Source: Lingula anatina (Eukaryota > Animalia > Brachiopoda). Taken from it: 64,000 nucleotides of DNA. The notes below the pieces were generated by a model. It had not been told where the DNA came from, ran no database searches, and saw nothing but the letters and a program-made list of their open reading frames with translations. The stretch spans positions 5,952,001 through 6,016,000 of the forward strand of contig CM120641.1 in NCBI GenBank assembly GCA_051362555.1, given 5' to 3'. Of this stretch, positions 37,052 through 51,300 are shown in pieces; the stretch's first letter is position 1, and every line of letters starts with the position of its first letter. The position numbers were made by a program, and so were the translations under genes.

Positions 37052-39799
37052 TGGAGTCTGAAAGAATTCCACTCATGGTTGAAAGTCATTACATTGAAAT
37101 GTTGTAAATTATTACCCAAATAATAACCAAATAATCAACAAAAAACAAAAACATACTTAAATCAACTCTAGTTAAATATAAAAACAGAGATGATTCATTC
37201 ATGAAAGCACTTTGTAAATCAACACGTCCAACACGTCCAATTTTAGACTAAAAAATTCATAGTCTAAGAGCAAGTCTATAGAGTAAGAAAACCTTTGTGA
37301 GGAATATGGCAAGAATGGTCTCTATTCGTGCTCTGACGTCAGTAATGTAAGCAGTATCACTAAGTTCTTCCATGGGTTCCCTCCAGCGATCAGCTCGTGC
37401 CAATAACATTGGATTACCTTTGATAAGATTTGGCATGCAATATGGACATTTTGCCTTGCAGCTTGACTGAATCTGCTATTAAACACTTGCATGTGACATC
37501 GTTTATACATTCCTTGAAATAAAAATAGCTGCACATGGTACAGGTATGGATCTTAAACCTTTACAAATTCTTTAACAAATCTGATTACTTGTCACAGTGC
37601 CTTAAGAAAACATCTAGGTAGTAGTAGTAGTGCACTTGGCCAAGTAAAAGTGGGGAGAAATTGTGAAAGGGATTAGACTCTACTAATTGCACTTTAATGG
37701 TCCCAATTAGTGTCCCTCAATTTTTTTTTATCAGAACAAACCAAGCGTGTTGGCTCCAGCAGTCTTGACTGCTGGTAACTAATGCTGTAAGGCACTTAGA
37801 ATTTCTTTAGTTCACTCCGATTTTATAAATATATATTTACATTGTAAAAATGTATTATAAATCTCTGGCTGAGTTTAAAATTTTCAAAGATCTAAAATAA
37901 TATTTTCATGTGTAAATAGCTCTTCATTAAACATAGTAATTGGTTGTAAAATAAACTAAACCATGCAGATAAACAACCAACCAGGGCAAAACCAATCTTT
38001 GCTTCCTGTTTTATTAGAGGGTGTAGATTTACAGTAAACAGAATACAGAACAAAAAGTACTTTTTTCCAGGCCAAAATTAATCTTCCAGTAGACAAAAAA
38101 GAATGTTTTTGGTATTGTTAGCAGGCAAGATCAATGTCTGTCCCATTTATTTTAAAAAAAGAAGATACCAAAACCATACAAGAATGAAAATAAATGACTT
38201 TACCACACCTGATCGGATCACTGGATAGGATATATTACTTACACAAAGTACTTATTTCAAAGCAAAGTACTATACCAGCAAACAAGTATTAATGTGTAGA
38301 TCTATGTGCCTATATGCTCTCTTTGAGAACAGGGCAAAAAATTGATCCTATGTGCATTTGCCTAATGCTTTACACATAACAAAGATAATGATAAAAAGGG
38401 TTTTTTCCACTCCTGTCTGATCCAAATCCTGAGTGAACTCCATGGAATTTGGCAGCATAATTGGTTGGCCTAAAGGAATGGTAGCTGTCAACAAGTCATA
38501 CACATTTTCATTGGACTTCATTTCCCCAGTCTGCCTCTTTCCCCACCTTTGCTCTAATAAGAGATATTAGCTATCAACTATTTGTGATAAATGGGCTTTT
38601 TAAGGAGGTCATGCAAACACAACAATGACAGGTTAAAGAAAAGGTTGCCCCATGCTTAAGGTGGAAGTAGAAATTTACTTAAGAACAAGATGTGAACTTT
38701 ACTCACAAAAGCACTAGTCGCTTTTTGTACTGAACTCTTAACATAGGTCCATAATCTTATCAAATTAGATGTTGTAAAAATGTTTATCTCCATTGTTAAA
38801 ACTGTACAAATTTATTTCCTTAACAACAGTGCATAAAATCATTTTTAACTGTAAACCAAACTGAAATGGATATTGTTCCACTGTTGGCATTTCTTAGTAA
38901 CCACATATATATATAGTATACATAATTCCAACCACAAATAATGGTCCTTTGAGTACATAAAAACATGTGATCCCCATATGTGCTGTAAAAAATTGCAAGG
39001 ATGTGTGAGTGGAGGGACTGACTGTTCTTTCACTTCTTTAAAAAGATCAGGAGTGGACAAATACCTAGTGCCATTAGTGAAAAAATCAATTCTAAGACCT
39101 TTGACAACCCAGGAAATTTAGTTGACGAAAAAGTGATCTCTAGGTGCTTTTCTGAGGCAAAATCCAGTCCCAAGTCAGAAAAGTAAAGTGCTGCATGGGG
39201 CTGCAAGGAAAAATAAATAAATCATGAGTGATTAAAAAAATATAATGTGCGATAAGAGATCTATAACAGTTTCAGAGTAACCACAAGGCAATGATAACTA
39301 ACCAAAAGGCTTTATCAGGATTACATCCTACAAAGAAAACTGTTTCTCTATAAAATGATCAAAGCACCATTCAATCTGATAAGTGTATATTGAGCCAATG
39401 TTGTCTTAAGATATTTGTTACATTTTCAGAATGCCTCTCTAGAAAGTTAATATCCTGCTATGAAGGAAAGCATCCATCACAGAGAGGAGTCCCACTAGGG
39501 ACATCCTTGCTGTCAGAAACCAAGATAGCAGCCGTAGGTTGGGATGAGGCTACCTGTTTATCATCACCTGCCAAGCCACAGGAAATCCACCTGTCACTGG
39601 CCTTTATTTAGGATGTATAAACCTTCCCCTCAACCCCAATCAACAAAATTCTATATAATGTATTCTTTGTCTTTTTTATCAGATCCAAAAGAAAATAATC
39701 GCAAGGATACTGATCTGCTGTATGTTTGATTTTTAGAACAGATGAACCCCTCTCACCTTATATCCACCTCTTAAGATATTATTTATTTTATTTTCACAG

Positions 39800-40415
39800 A
39801 AAGCAAATGCCAGCAACACTTGATGGACAAATTACCATGGAAAAGACTCCAAGTTATTTCATCACAAAAGAAGTTCCCAAAAGAATTTACCAAACAGACA
39901 AGGATATGAAGCTTATTTTAGTTGTGCGGGATCCGGTAACTCGTGCAATCTCAGACTACACACAAACTGCTTCTAAACACACAGTTCCAAGTTTCGAAAA
40001 CTTTGCCATACTGGATAACAGAACTGGTGTGTTAGATACATCCTGGTCAGCCATAAAGATAGGAGTTTACGCAAAACATCTGGAACGCTGGCTCAAATAT
40101 TTCCCTCTTCATCAAATATGCTTTGTAAGTGGAGAGAGACTTATCACTGATCCCGCCAAGGAGTTGGCAAAGGTGCAAGACTTTTTAGGGTTAAAGCGGG
40201 TAATATCTGACAAACATTTTTATTTCAATACCACAAAAGGGTTCCCATGCCTAAAGAAGCCAGAGGGCAGTGGGAATCCAAGGTGCTTGGGAAAAACTAA
40301 AGGAAGAGTTCATCCAGCAGTAGATCCTCAAGTTTTGAAAAGGTTACATAACTTTTACCGACCTTTTAATGCTAAATTTTACCAAATGACACAGCATGAT
40401 TTTGGATGGCCTTAG
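39800..40415 (+). CDS. HS3ST: HS3ST coding exon 2 (HS3ST2/3/4/6-like subgroup)
   Basis: Acceptor ttttattttcacag|A joins to give WYR-KQMP. Motifs [23 protein letters not shown] (3'-PAPS binding) and KGFPCLKK...CLGKTKGR are present, with TAG at 40413-40415. The 7.5-kb intron at WYR matches the two-exon layout known for vertebrate HS3ST2/3/4/6. Joined CDS is 1221 nt (406 aa). Confidence 0.96.
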
Positions 40416-41536
40416 ATTAGACAGAGGCATTTTGTTGATTTTCATTTCAAATTATAAGATTTATAAGGTGAAGACAATATAACATTTTGCTTATCACCAT
40501 TTTTTTCTATCTGAGGATATGTAGTACACGACTGTATGACAGCTGATGTCAGATCATAGTGCATCTTCCTAAACTCAATTTTCCATTAACTAGTCCTGCT
40601 GCATGAGAGAAAATGCTCATTCTTCCAAGGAAGTGTTGCTCATCGTGCAAACACACAACGCCATAGAAATGCTCATGTTATCAGATCCATCCTAGTGAGG
40701 GCTGAACAATGCAAACTAGCATTAATGCCAAGCAAGTAAAGTCTACACTGATTGAAGTCAAGTGATGGGCTTCTTTAATGTCTGATTAATCCTTTTCTCA
40801 GTGTGACAATATATGCAATGATTCATAAGCCAAAATTGGCTTCAGTGTTGGAACAGCAGCACTTTGTGCATACTGTAGTATTCTGGGTTTATTTACTTAT
40901 TTTTTCATATTTTAAAATTGGTTTTTATTTTAGTTCATCTATTTATTTATTATCTTTTTTACCATTATTCATTTTGGTATGGTAGAGAAACAGCAAAAAA
41001 CATACAATAATTTTAACTTGTGTTTTCTCAGGGCAATGGGTTTGCCCTCAACTACAAGTATGGGTTTGAAGCTCAAGGTTCTTCTGTTAATGAGGATAGT
41101 GTCTGCCATGTCCCTAGAGAAGATTACTAATAAACAAGAAGGAACCTCATGAGCAGCATATAGTGTTTAGAAATGAAGTACATGGATATCTTAAGTAAAT
41201 CAAGGGAATTTCTATTTAGTGATAAGAATTTCCCTTGTTACCATTTATTACTGACACACATCTGCTGCTAAGGTAAAGCTGATCTGGTAAAATCAAGGGA
41301 GCAGTCATTTCCTTGAAAAAAGTATGGCTCAGAGATAAATATGTTCCCAAGTGAAAAGATGCCAAATATTTGGACAATCTACCTCGTACTGAACACATCA
41401 AGTGTCCCTGTACAACAGCCTGGTAATGTATCAATGCTGGGGTTTATAGACAGTTCATAGAAGTATTTTTCAGATTTCCCTCATTATACACCTTATTCTA
41501 TCACAACTAATGGTACGCACATGTATTTCTGTTTAA

Positions 41537-41840
41537 CCAAAAAAGCTGTTATGTTTGGTGTTGCTGAAATTTTACAAATTATTAGACTTTTTTTTAGAAA
41601 AAATGTGTACAGAAGCAACTGAAATGTTTAATTACACCCGGCTTTGTGTAGCACATACCATTCTGAAAACATTAAATAGCATGTTTGACCATAAAAGCTG
41701 TAGTGCCATCTGTTTGGTGTTGCTGAAATTTTACAATTTAATCAATTTTTTAGAAAAAAAATCCCATGCATAGAGTAGCAATTGAAATGCTTAATTACAC
41801 CCTCCCTTGTATGGAAGGTACCATTCTCAAAACATTAAAT
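41537..41840. repeat. Diverged tandem duplication of about 150 bp downstream of the HS3ST stop (probable 3' UTR)
   Basis: Two copies of aaaagctgt...tgtttggtgttgctgaaattttacaa...ttagaaaaaa...agcaa.tgaaatg.ttaattacaccc...taccattct.aaaacattaaat. Confidence 0.85.
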
Positions 41841-42385
41841 TTAAGTACATACTTAAAATGCCTGTGTTTTACTTTGTGATGAAAATCTTTCTCTCAGCTG
41901 TTACCTCTCCAATTATATTATTATGACTTCCGTCAACATAAAATCTGTTCCTGTAATTGCTCATTAGTAATCCTGCGCTTGGAGCAAGCCAATTTAGAAG
42001 CCTCTGTGACCAGATAGTATGGTCCTATGCAAAAATTAAACTGCAGTATTAAAATAGTTATTAGATCACTAAAAATCCTGTATCACCTTATATTTATTTG
42101 TGACTCTTAGTACCATTGTTGTTACCGAATAATTGGTTCAATGTACGATCCAGTTTTACTTTAATGTATATTACATTATGTTAATTGTCATGTATCCCTT
42201 ATGAGGGTATATCTTCTTGCATGTTGTATATAACTAAAACTTGTAAAAGTATTGTTGTGAAAGAATAAGTGTTATTAACACAGAATACAAAAGTACATTA
42301 ACTGTATAAGAAGTAGCAATATATTTTTTCAAAAACACCCCTATGTATATTGGTTCCTGTTGTATCGAGATATTAGTGTTCTTGG

Positions 42386-42391
42386 AATAAA
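42386..42391 (+). terminator. Candidate poly(A) signal of HS3ST
   Basis: AATAAA followed by a GU/U-rich stretch at the end of a TGTA/AT-rich, UTR-like segment about 2 kb after the stop. Confidence 0.3.
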
Positions 42392-45291
42392 TATTTTGTG
42401 TTTAAAAATGCCATTATAATGCCTTCTCACATATGAATGTATTTCAGTGCATCATGGTGAACATTCTGTGCATTTTATCCCACTTCTATGCCTTTTGGAG
42501 AACCATTATTTCAGGTACAAGTGAGATGGAAAATTAATGATTTACTGAACGCACAGATATCTTCTGAAATATTAAAATTTCTCTCTCTCTCACTCTCCTC
42601 AACATGTTGTTGCGGTTTCTCATATTCAATAATAGGCTGTGCATTTTCAGAGAATTAAACATGAAATATAAATGTCTGTATACAGGAAAATTATCTCAAA
42701 GCTACATTTCATTTTGACAGATGAAGAAGATTGGCATGAATACAACACAGTTGTATGACTGAAAGTGTTACTTTATTAATCATTCATTATAATATAATTA
42801 TTGCTGAACATGCATACAAAAAAAGACATTATATCTCAGAGACGCTTTCAATCATTAAACAGAACAATATCAGAAAACATATCAGAGTCTAGGCCATATT
42901 ATTTAACAAACTTAAATTCATACTGCAAAAAGTTACAAGGCAATTATTGATCCATGAAAAGCTCCTCCACATAACGCTTTATCATGAAAAGCTTCCCTAA
43001 CCCTTAACCCTGAAAACCTCCCACACATCACCATTAACCTGCCAATGAAGAAATGTAGAAACCATGGGGGGGAGGGGGGGGGTTTGAGGGGTACACTCCT
43101 GAAAATAAATACATGCCTGTGCCAAGAGACCCCTCCTCCCCATTAAAAATGGATGAAACATTTTTTTTCAAAAGCTCTCTTTCCCAAATTTTTACAAAGT
43201 GATTTTTATAAATGTAGAAACACCTGTTCACCCTAAAAAAAGTGCTCAACATTTTAAGGTGGAGATTTTTGTCACCTGACAGATAAATCTCTGCTATGGC
43301 TGCATACCCAGAAGAGCAAAGAAAGTCCAAGAACAACATCATTATACAAGTAAATGAAGATTTACAGCAAGCTTGTTGGAACAGACAACCTCCCTACATA
43401 AACAATCTATGGTATTTGTAAGCAAGAAAATTCCGAAAAAAAAGAAATGTAGATTTTTTCTTTGAGAGGCACTGAGTGTGACAAAGACCAGAGGTGGATA
43501 ATGTTTTTCATTTCTCACACTTAAAATGGACCTAGAGCATCAACAAACTGCCATGATTTCAGCTATGTACTTGGTAAATGTCCCTGCTTTTATTGCAATT
43601 GGGTGAACTCCCTTGTGACAGAACAATTTACAGTACATGTACATGTGTTGCTGACGGCATGCTGGAATGACAGATAGAATTTCACTGAAACGCAGGTGGA
43701 AATGTCAGGCATCAGAACACGAAAAGGAAAGGGATTTGTGTGAACACTGTGAATATCTGACTGCTCTCTTTGAAGTCCTGGAGCATTATAAAACTTTCTA
43801 TCCTGCCTGAAATATCCTTTACCTTAACAGAATTAACATGCCATTAACTTTTCTTTTGCAATTTAGATCCGAGATGAAAACCCACTCAACGTGAAGGTTA
43901 ATTTCTCAAGAGGCACCATCAACCATGAGAAGCAATGGGGATTGTTCACACTTGATCCAAGAATTTATAGGAATATTCACAGGCTGCAGAACTTGGTCTA
44001 TGCACAAACATATATTTAGCAAGTGCATATCTGGAATATAGTCCTTGTATGAAAACACTCCTGAATATGAATATACTCCTTGTATGAAAACATTCTTCTG
44101 TATCAAGGAGCAACATATCTGAAATTGGATAACATGGATAAAAATGCCTATTCCAATGTACCACCCAAATCCTCAACACCCACATTCACCAACTCACCCA
44201 CCTACAAATACAAATCAAATAGACAGACCAAATGCTTTCACAAAGTACATATACACACTCACTCCCACATGTGCACACACACACACACATCACAAAGCAA
44301 GCACAGACAGACATATGTCTCAATACTAAATGTTCCATGGTCAATGTTTTTAGACTCAAATCTGCAATACTACAACATCCAGGATTAAGGCTTACAAGAG
44401 TGAAGATGAAATTTAAATTTTCATTATTTGAGAAGTTGTAACATATTGGTAATTGACTGAAAGTTAAATGCTTTTACATTGAATGAATGAAATTATTTAA
44501 GTATGTGAAAACACCATACAAATTCCCTCATGATTCCATAACAATCCAAAGTTCTGTTACAAGCTTCCAATGAAAAAGCAAATGAAAAATTACTGATCCA
44601 AGAACCTCCCTGCTGAGCAGTCCCAAAATATGTATTCAAAATTTGAAATGCAAGCTACACAAGTCATAGATATAGCTTGAATGGTGAAACTGAGCACCAG
44701 TGGGGCAGTAACAGCCTTTCATCAACAGCCAGCACTACAGCTGTTCAACTCAGTAAGCAGTGGCTAAATTGAGAAATGCTACTTTGATGGTATCTAGGAA
44801 GCCAAGCATAGTCTAGGTAGCAGGCCGTAATGGCAGTCCATCCTAACCTCTCCTTCTCTCTCTTCTTCCTTCTACCCTCCAAAAACCTTTAAATCTACAA
44901 AAATATCTAATAAAGCTGATCTAGATGGGATTACAGAAAAACAGTGCCATGTTGATCAAAATAATTATTGGAATAAAGAAGTCTATAGACTGGACCCTAA
45001 ACTAATTAACCTAGTGGACTGCACATCCTGGAAGGGAGATTTTACGACCAAAAATGGCAGGTCTTTTCTGAGACTCAACTATTTCACTAATTGAATAAGG
45101 AGAAAAAAAATTGGCCTTTTATTTGCTGAATCCAGTTTCAGACATTCATGCTGACCACCTACAATTAGTAAAAGTTTGCACCTCCCACTCCTTCAGCTCC
45201 CTCCCCCTCACTGCATGATGATGATGATGAAAAGTGTGTGTAGATGTGTGTGTAAGAGAGAGCATGTAAGTTTAGTAGGCATGATCTTGTG

Positions 45292-45326
45292 GTGTGTGTG
45301 TGTGTGTGTGTGTATGTGTGTGTGTG
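45292..45326. repeat. (TG)n microsatellite
   Basis: Near-perfect GT dinucleotide run with one interruption. Confidence 0.95.
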
Positions 45327-48300
45327 CTGGGCAAGCTTGCACTGGCCACATTTGTTCTATTTTATTTTGTTAAAATAAAAATCATAATTGATGCAATCTT
45401 TAAAGAAATTATTTCTACATGCGAGTCTTCTGTTGTTCTTGTAAACGCCTGCAAAAATTGTGAATTTGCAAAACTGCTTTAAATTGAAAGTGATACATGA
45501 TCAATTAAATGCATAATTCAACTGTCGTTTGTTCAATTCTCTTTGCAATTTCAACTTAACCCCCTTCTCCACACCCACCAAACTTACAAGCAATGAAATT
45601 ATTCTTCAATGCAGCTAGAATTTGCAATGAAGGTAATTCTCATGTTGAATGTCAAGTTGGTCATATCTCAGTGTGCTTTCTCTGCAGTGCATCAGTTCTT
45701 TGGAAATTGAAAACTTCTGGGTTACAAATAAAGGTCAATCTTGAAAATTTCCATTACTGAAAGATTTAGTATGCTAAGAAAGTTGTATACTGTTTAGCTG
45801 TCACACAATAGCAGGACCAATGAGAGGCCAGAGAAAACTTAACTTCCAAAGAAAGTTCAAGAAAACCCGGTGGATAGCATGAGAGCAGGATGTGATATGT
45901 TTTATTGCTCATTTGAGGTGCATATGGTTATAGGAATTTTTCTTTTCAACCTGGTATTGCACATCCCCCCCCCCCCCCCCCCCACACACACACAAAACAA
46001 AATGGTAATTTAAAAATCTAATTTCACAGCATGTAAAGGTACTTTGGTCTATAGCAGCTAAAAAAAAAACACGGATTTTCATTCCATTACCCTCAAAAAT
46101 GTTTTCCTATACATCAGCAGTGTGGAAGAATTACTCCAGGTGTTCACTGTCAACCAGTCATTTGTCTTCTCATCTCTCACTACTACATGTTTCTAAAATA
46201 CTATTTTACACAATCAATATCACCAGTATTGGAAACAAGTCATCCGAGGGATATAACAGAACTGTCAACCTAATTCACACAGAGGTATGAATCTACTCAG
46301 ACAGAATCACAGTATTCATCTGAAAAAATCCTATGAAAATGGACACTTATTACATAAACTGTTAAATGCATGCCCCTGAAGAGCGTTTTGCCTCCTCTGA
46401 ACCAGTAATTGGAATGTACATAATTTGGTTTGGGCTCTCACCTGGGGAGATGATATTTCGGGTCTACTGACAAAAATGAAGACAATGAAATGACATCTTT
46501 GCACTACTAGTCACCGACTAGTGTGGTACAAACAGTAGAGAGCACATACTGACACGTCTGTGCAACAAAACACAGATTTTACCACAAAGATCAACCATCA
46601 AATTACGCAACATTAATAATGATATTAGCTATATCCATTTCTGGTGGGCTCACTTATACAAGCCATTTACAATGCATTATTGGTGCACACATTATGAAGT
46701 ATGATGTTTTGAAAATAGTGCTGGGAACTCCTTAAGTGGATTCACAGTTGTATATGTGTGTTGGCATTTTCAAGTCACTAGATTTTTCTAGTCAGATGAT
46801 TTAGCACAGGGAGTTCCACTTGTACCTTTCAACTTATCTGGATCCAATAATATCTGAAACAAATTATACAAACACTTTTTCCCTAAAATCAAGAAAGGCA
46901 ATTCTCCACTCCATCTCATTTCCACCTTAGAAAAAATATATGCATAGAGATTTTGATTAAAATTAATTTAATCATCTTGGTTTTGCCCAAGGTGAATGAG
47001 TGAATTTTCCATTATTCCATCAAACTGCAAACATCAGTGTGCAGGAAAGATATGCACACTGCAGGCACTGACATCAAATTAATCTAAAGTCACTTTCAAG
47101 ACCTGGGCTAAAACTGATAATGTAAGACGCCCTTGAGTGAAAAAGTGTTACAGGACAAGTGACTTCAGATACATTCAGACAATGACCATTTCAGATCGGT
47201 ATGTGGTGAAAAATTGTCATTAAGTAGAATGCAGAAAAACTGGTAATTAGAAGAGTATATTGGAAACAAAAGGAGGCGTGACATTCAATTAAGCTGATTG
47301 CACTTAGTGAGAGTCCCTTCAGAGTTGGGTCAGCCCACATAGACGGATAGTGTCTTCATGGGAAGGGCCCTATGGGAATGGGGTCTGGCTCACTTTCTGG
47401 TCTTAAAATGCACTTGTCTGAGCACATCTTTAAACTGAGCTAAATTTCACTAGATTCACAGCATGATGGTGTCTAGTGAAGCAATTCCTTTTAAAAGCAG
47501 TTCACCATTGTGCATAATAGCACCTTGCAGCTGGCAACCAATTTTTCACACATCTGGAACTAGTGACAACTCTCCACATAAAATATAGCACTGAATACCA
47601 AAATCTCTCTACTGAGTTATTGTTCTGTCAAGCATCAATGTGCTTTATTAAGTATTATCCTCTCCTAGTACAGAATGCCATCAATATACCCCTTGATGAA
47701 TATCAAATCAACCTCCTCTCATCATGCTGTGATTAATGGTAAAACTGGAAAATGATGACTTAATGTGTGTAGCGAACCAACTTCCAAGCATGGCAAATTT
47801 TTTTTCTTTTTCTTTTTTAAACATCACCCTATCAGGAACAAAGTAAAACGTAATATAAAGTTGTTTAAAGATTGATAAGAAATTGAAATGGAAAATGACA
47901 GGAGCTTTTTTTAGACTATATTTGTATATTTGAAATTAAAAAAAAAACTGTATTTTAAATGAAGAAGTTTCTCTATAGCTTAATGCATTTTGATGAAGTA
48001 AATTCTTATGGACATATGCCACTGAGTAATAAGACAAATTAGTTTAAACTTGGAACCACATATAATGTGTCCAAGTTTTAATTCACATACATTTTATTTC
48101 TGACACTTCAGTGCACGGTTGGAGAGATTTAGTTTGCAAGGCTTTTGTGCTAAGGCTATGCCAATAAACATCATATCACAACAACACACCGACCTCAACA
48201 ACAGCATGGCTATGTTTTATTTCTGTATTAATACTATATGTAACCAGGTCAGGCAAAATAAGGGCAGGTTTTATTGAGACAGGTGGGGCAGACATCCCAT

Positions 48301-51300
48301 ACCTGACAGTGCTGGTCAAGTTACATATAAAGGAGTGCTTGACTATGTTTTTTTAATAGAGTTTGTATTTTGTCATCCACCTGTGCTGTTCTAATAGAAT
48401 CTAGCTTTACAAACACACACCTTTCTTTTCTTTGCCAGTTCTCACATTTCTTTGGCTATGTAATATCTTATTTTGTGTGTGCCAAATTACCATCAACAGG
48501 TGTTACTAATGGACATGGAAAAATATGATCTTTATATTTCTGAGTTAATCAAGCAGTAAAAGTAAGGTCACTGAATTCATTGTATTCAAAGGCTTGAACC
48601 ACAGAAGGTCACTGTTATTGCTTTTCAAATGATATTCGATCATCGCAGATGGCGTTTGGCAAATGACAAGACACTTGGCAATTCTGTGTCAAGATTCGAT
48701 TCCAAGAAACTGACAGGCTTTTGGTAATTTTTCACATCCAGTCCTCCATGGTGTTTCAGTCTTTTTAACTATTGATCTGTCTTTGGGTAATAAGCCACAG
48801 CTAATGTGCCCCTGTCTCAGAAATCTGCCACATATGATAAAATTTGCTGATTATCATTATTTTTTGGACCAAAGCTGTTCCTAATTATCTAAAATTAACA
48901 TTGTCGGTGATTATCTGATCATCCTGCATGTGTTTCGATCTTGTAAAATACGCATCATGGGCAGCTTAAAAGAGCTAATGAAATTCATCTTAGTCCCACA
49001 GGGACGAATCCAGTTGCATCATTTTTCTCTGTTATTGTGCCTCTCATTATTGGCATTATGTGGGCAGATGTGCAAGTGGGTAAAAAAGCTGCAGGACTTG
49101 CTGCCTCATGCTGGATACATTTACAAAGGTTCACCACAAACTAGAGAGGCAAATTATGTCATAATACCATTAGCTGAACAGGGAATAATTGAATACAAAG
49201 CAAACACCATCTGCATTTGCCATCTTAAATGTTGGACAATTAGGATTATCGTGGCTTTTTGAGGGTTGACTAAAGGGTACTCATAAAATCCTCCACAAGA
49301 GATGTAGCGAATTCTGAAGCAGAATTATAACAAGGACATTTTATTTTCTTTAGTGTTTCTTGCCCCCCACTTCTCCGGAAGAACTTTACACAAAATTTGC
49401 CAGTCGACTAGCACTAAGGCAAATATCTGAGTCAACAAGATGAGAGTGGATATATTCGAGCCTTGCATTAAAATAGGAGTAAGCTCTAGAGTAAATTTGA
49501 CTTTAATATCAACAAATACCTACAGACCTCATGCTGAAAATTTTACAAGCCGGTATTACCTGTTAGTATAGTTGCATGTTTCCTAAGAAAAATAAGTTAT
49601 GGCTTCTTATGTAATGGTGAAATACTGTCATATTATTTAAGTGCATTAACCATAGAAGTAAGAGCAAATATGACAAGTGTAAAATAAAACATGAAAAGGA
49701 CATATTTTTATTAGAATCTCCATCAAGGCAAGCATTTTTTTTTACCTGATTCATTCTAGGCAAGGCTACCAATTCCAGCATAAGAGCCAATATGGCAACA
49801 TGAAGAAAATCATGAAAAGGGACACTTATTTACCAAAAATTATTCACAGGTCATCTTTGTAAAGCACTGTATTTCTAGAAAGTCTATCTTTACATTCTTA
49901 GATTATTACAGATATGTGTAACTACCTCATCAAACAATATGCCAATGCTATAAGAAGGAGCAATATAGCAACACCAAAATATGATGAAGGCCATCAATTT
50001 CCTTTTTTATCCCAATAGCACCAACAAGTTTATTTTTGATTCTGGTCATTTGGTGGGTGGTCCTATCAATGGAATCAAGATCAAACAAGGTTTATACAAA
50101 AATGGGGAGTGCCCCCAACAGTTTCTTTGACATTATATTTCTCATTGTCAATGACCCTTAGTAACAAAAGGGTCTTGTAGAAAGTCAAAAAGCAATGCTT
50201 TCCATGTGACAACACTTGGCAAAGTACAAAAGCATAAGAGAGAATTTACTCTAAACACAGGAAAATGTCCAAGTTAAAGGTAATAAATCTCCCAGCAAAG
50301 GTTAATCTTCAAGTGTAGGGGTGAGTCGTATTTTTTAACACATTGTCAAAGGGTTTGGCACACAGGAATGTTACCTATGATGTACAGCTTTTGTGGTATA
50401 CAATCCCTTCACCAGAACATGGACCTCCAAGAGCTTTAAGTGAATAAACACAGCAGATGAACTATATGGAAATCCAACTCCTTGATGAATCATTCATAAG
50501 GTGAAAATTACATAACAGTTAGGAATAGTCCCAAAGGTGTGTCTTTCATTTGGTACGCTAACATCAATTAGAGCTGGTACTTTACATGGTGGAGATCGAG
50601 GTGGACATCGTATGCACAGACTTGTCATATTGCTCAATGACAACTGTGGTTTGTTTTACTTCCCTGCACCTCATCACTTCTGGTAACATAACGCATGAAA
50701 ACAAGTATCATCGCTGTTTGGAAAACAGTTATAACCTGAAAATGCAAAATAAGATGGTCTTTAGGAGCAGATTTTTTAATTTTTCCTCAAAAAAATAATT
50801 TGATTTGTTTCAATCTGTAGCATAAATTTAGCCACTGATTGTCATCTGTAACATACCAATAATAGCACACAATCGAAATAATTCTCTCATTCCAATTGCC
50901 TGTCACAGTCTTTAAAAGTCTTCATCCATTCCAATTTTCTACTTATAGAGAACATTATGTGCAAAAGCCACAATCCAAGTCAAACCTTTTATTTCACTGG
51001 CTATTGATTCATTGAGTGTTTTACTGACCTTATAAGAGAAAATTACCTATTCACTTTGTTATTTAATGAAAAAATCTTATATCAAGCAAAATTTGGCCTT
51101 GCTTCCATTTTTCCCATCCACAAACATATTTCCAAATAAAATATAAACCTCAGTAGAACATTCACACTAACAAACACTATCATTAAATATAATGTGACTG
51201 CTTACCACAGGTTAGCACTAATCCAACACATCCAGTACATACCAGTACATAAGGTCTAAATTCTTACCAACCAATGTTTTAACTTCTTATGTCACACAAG

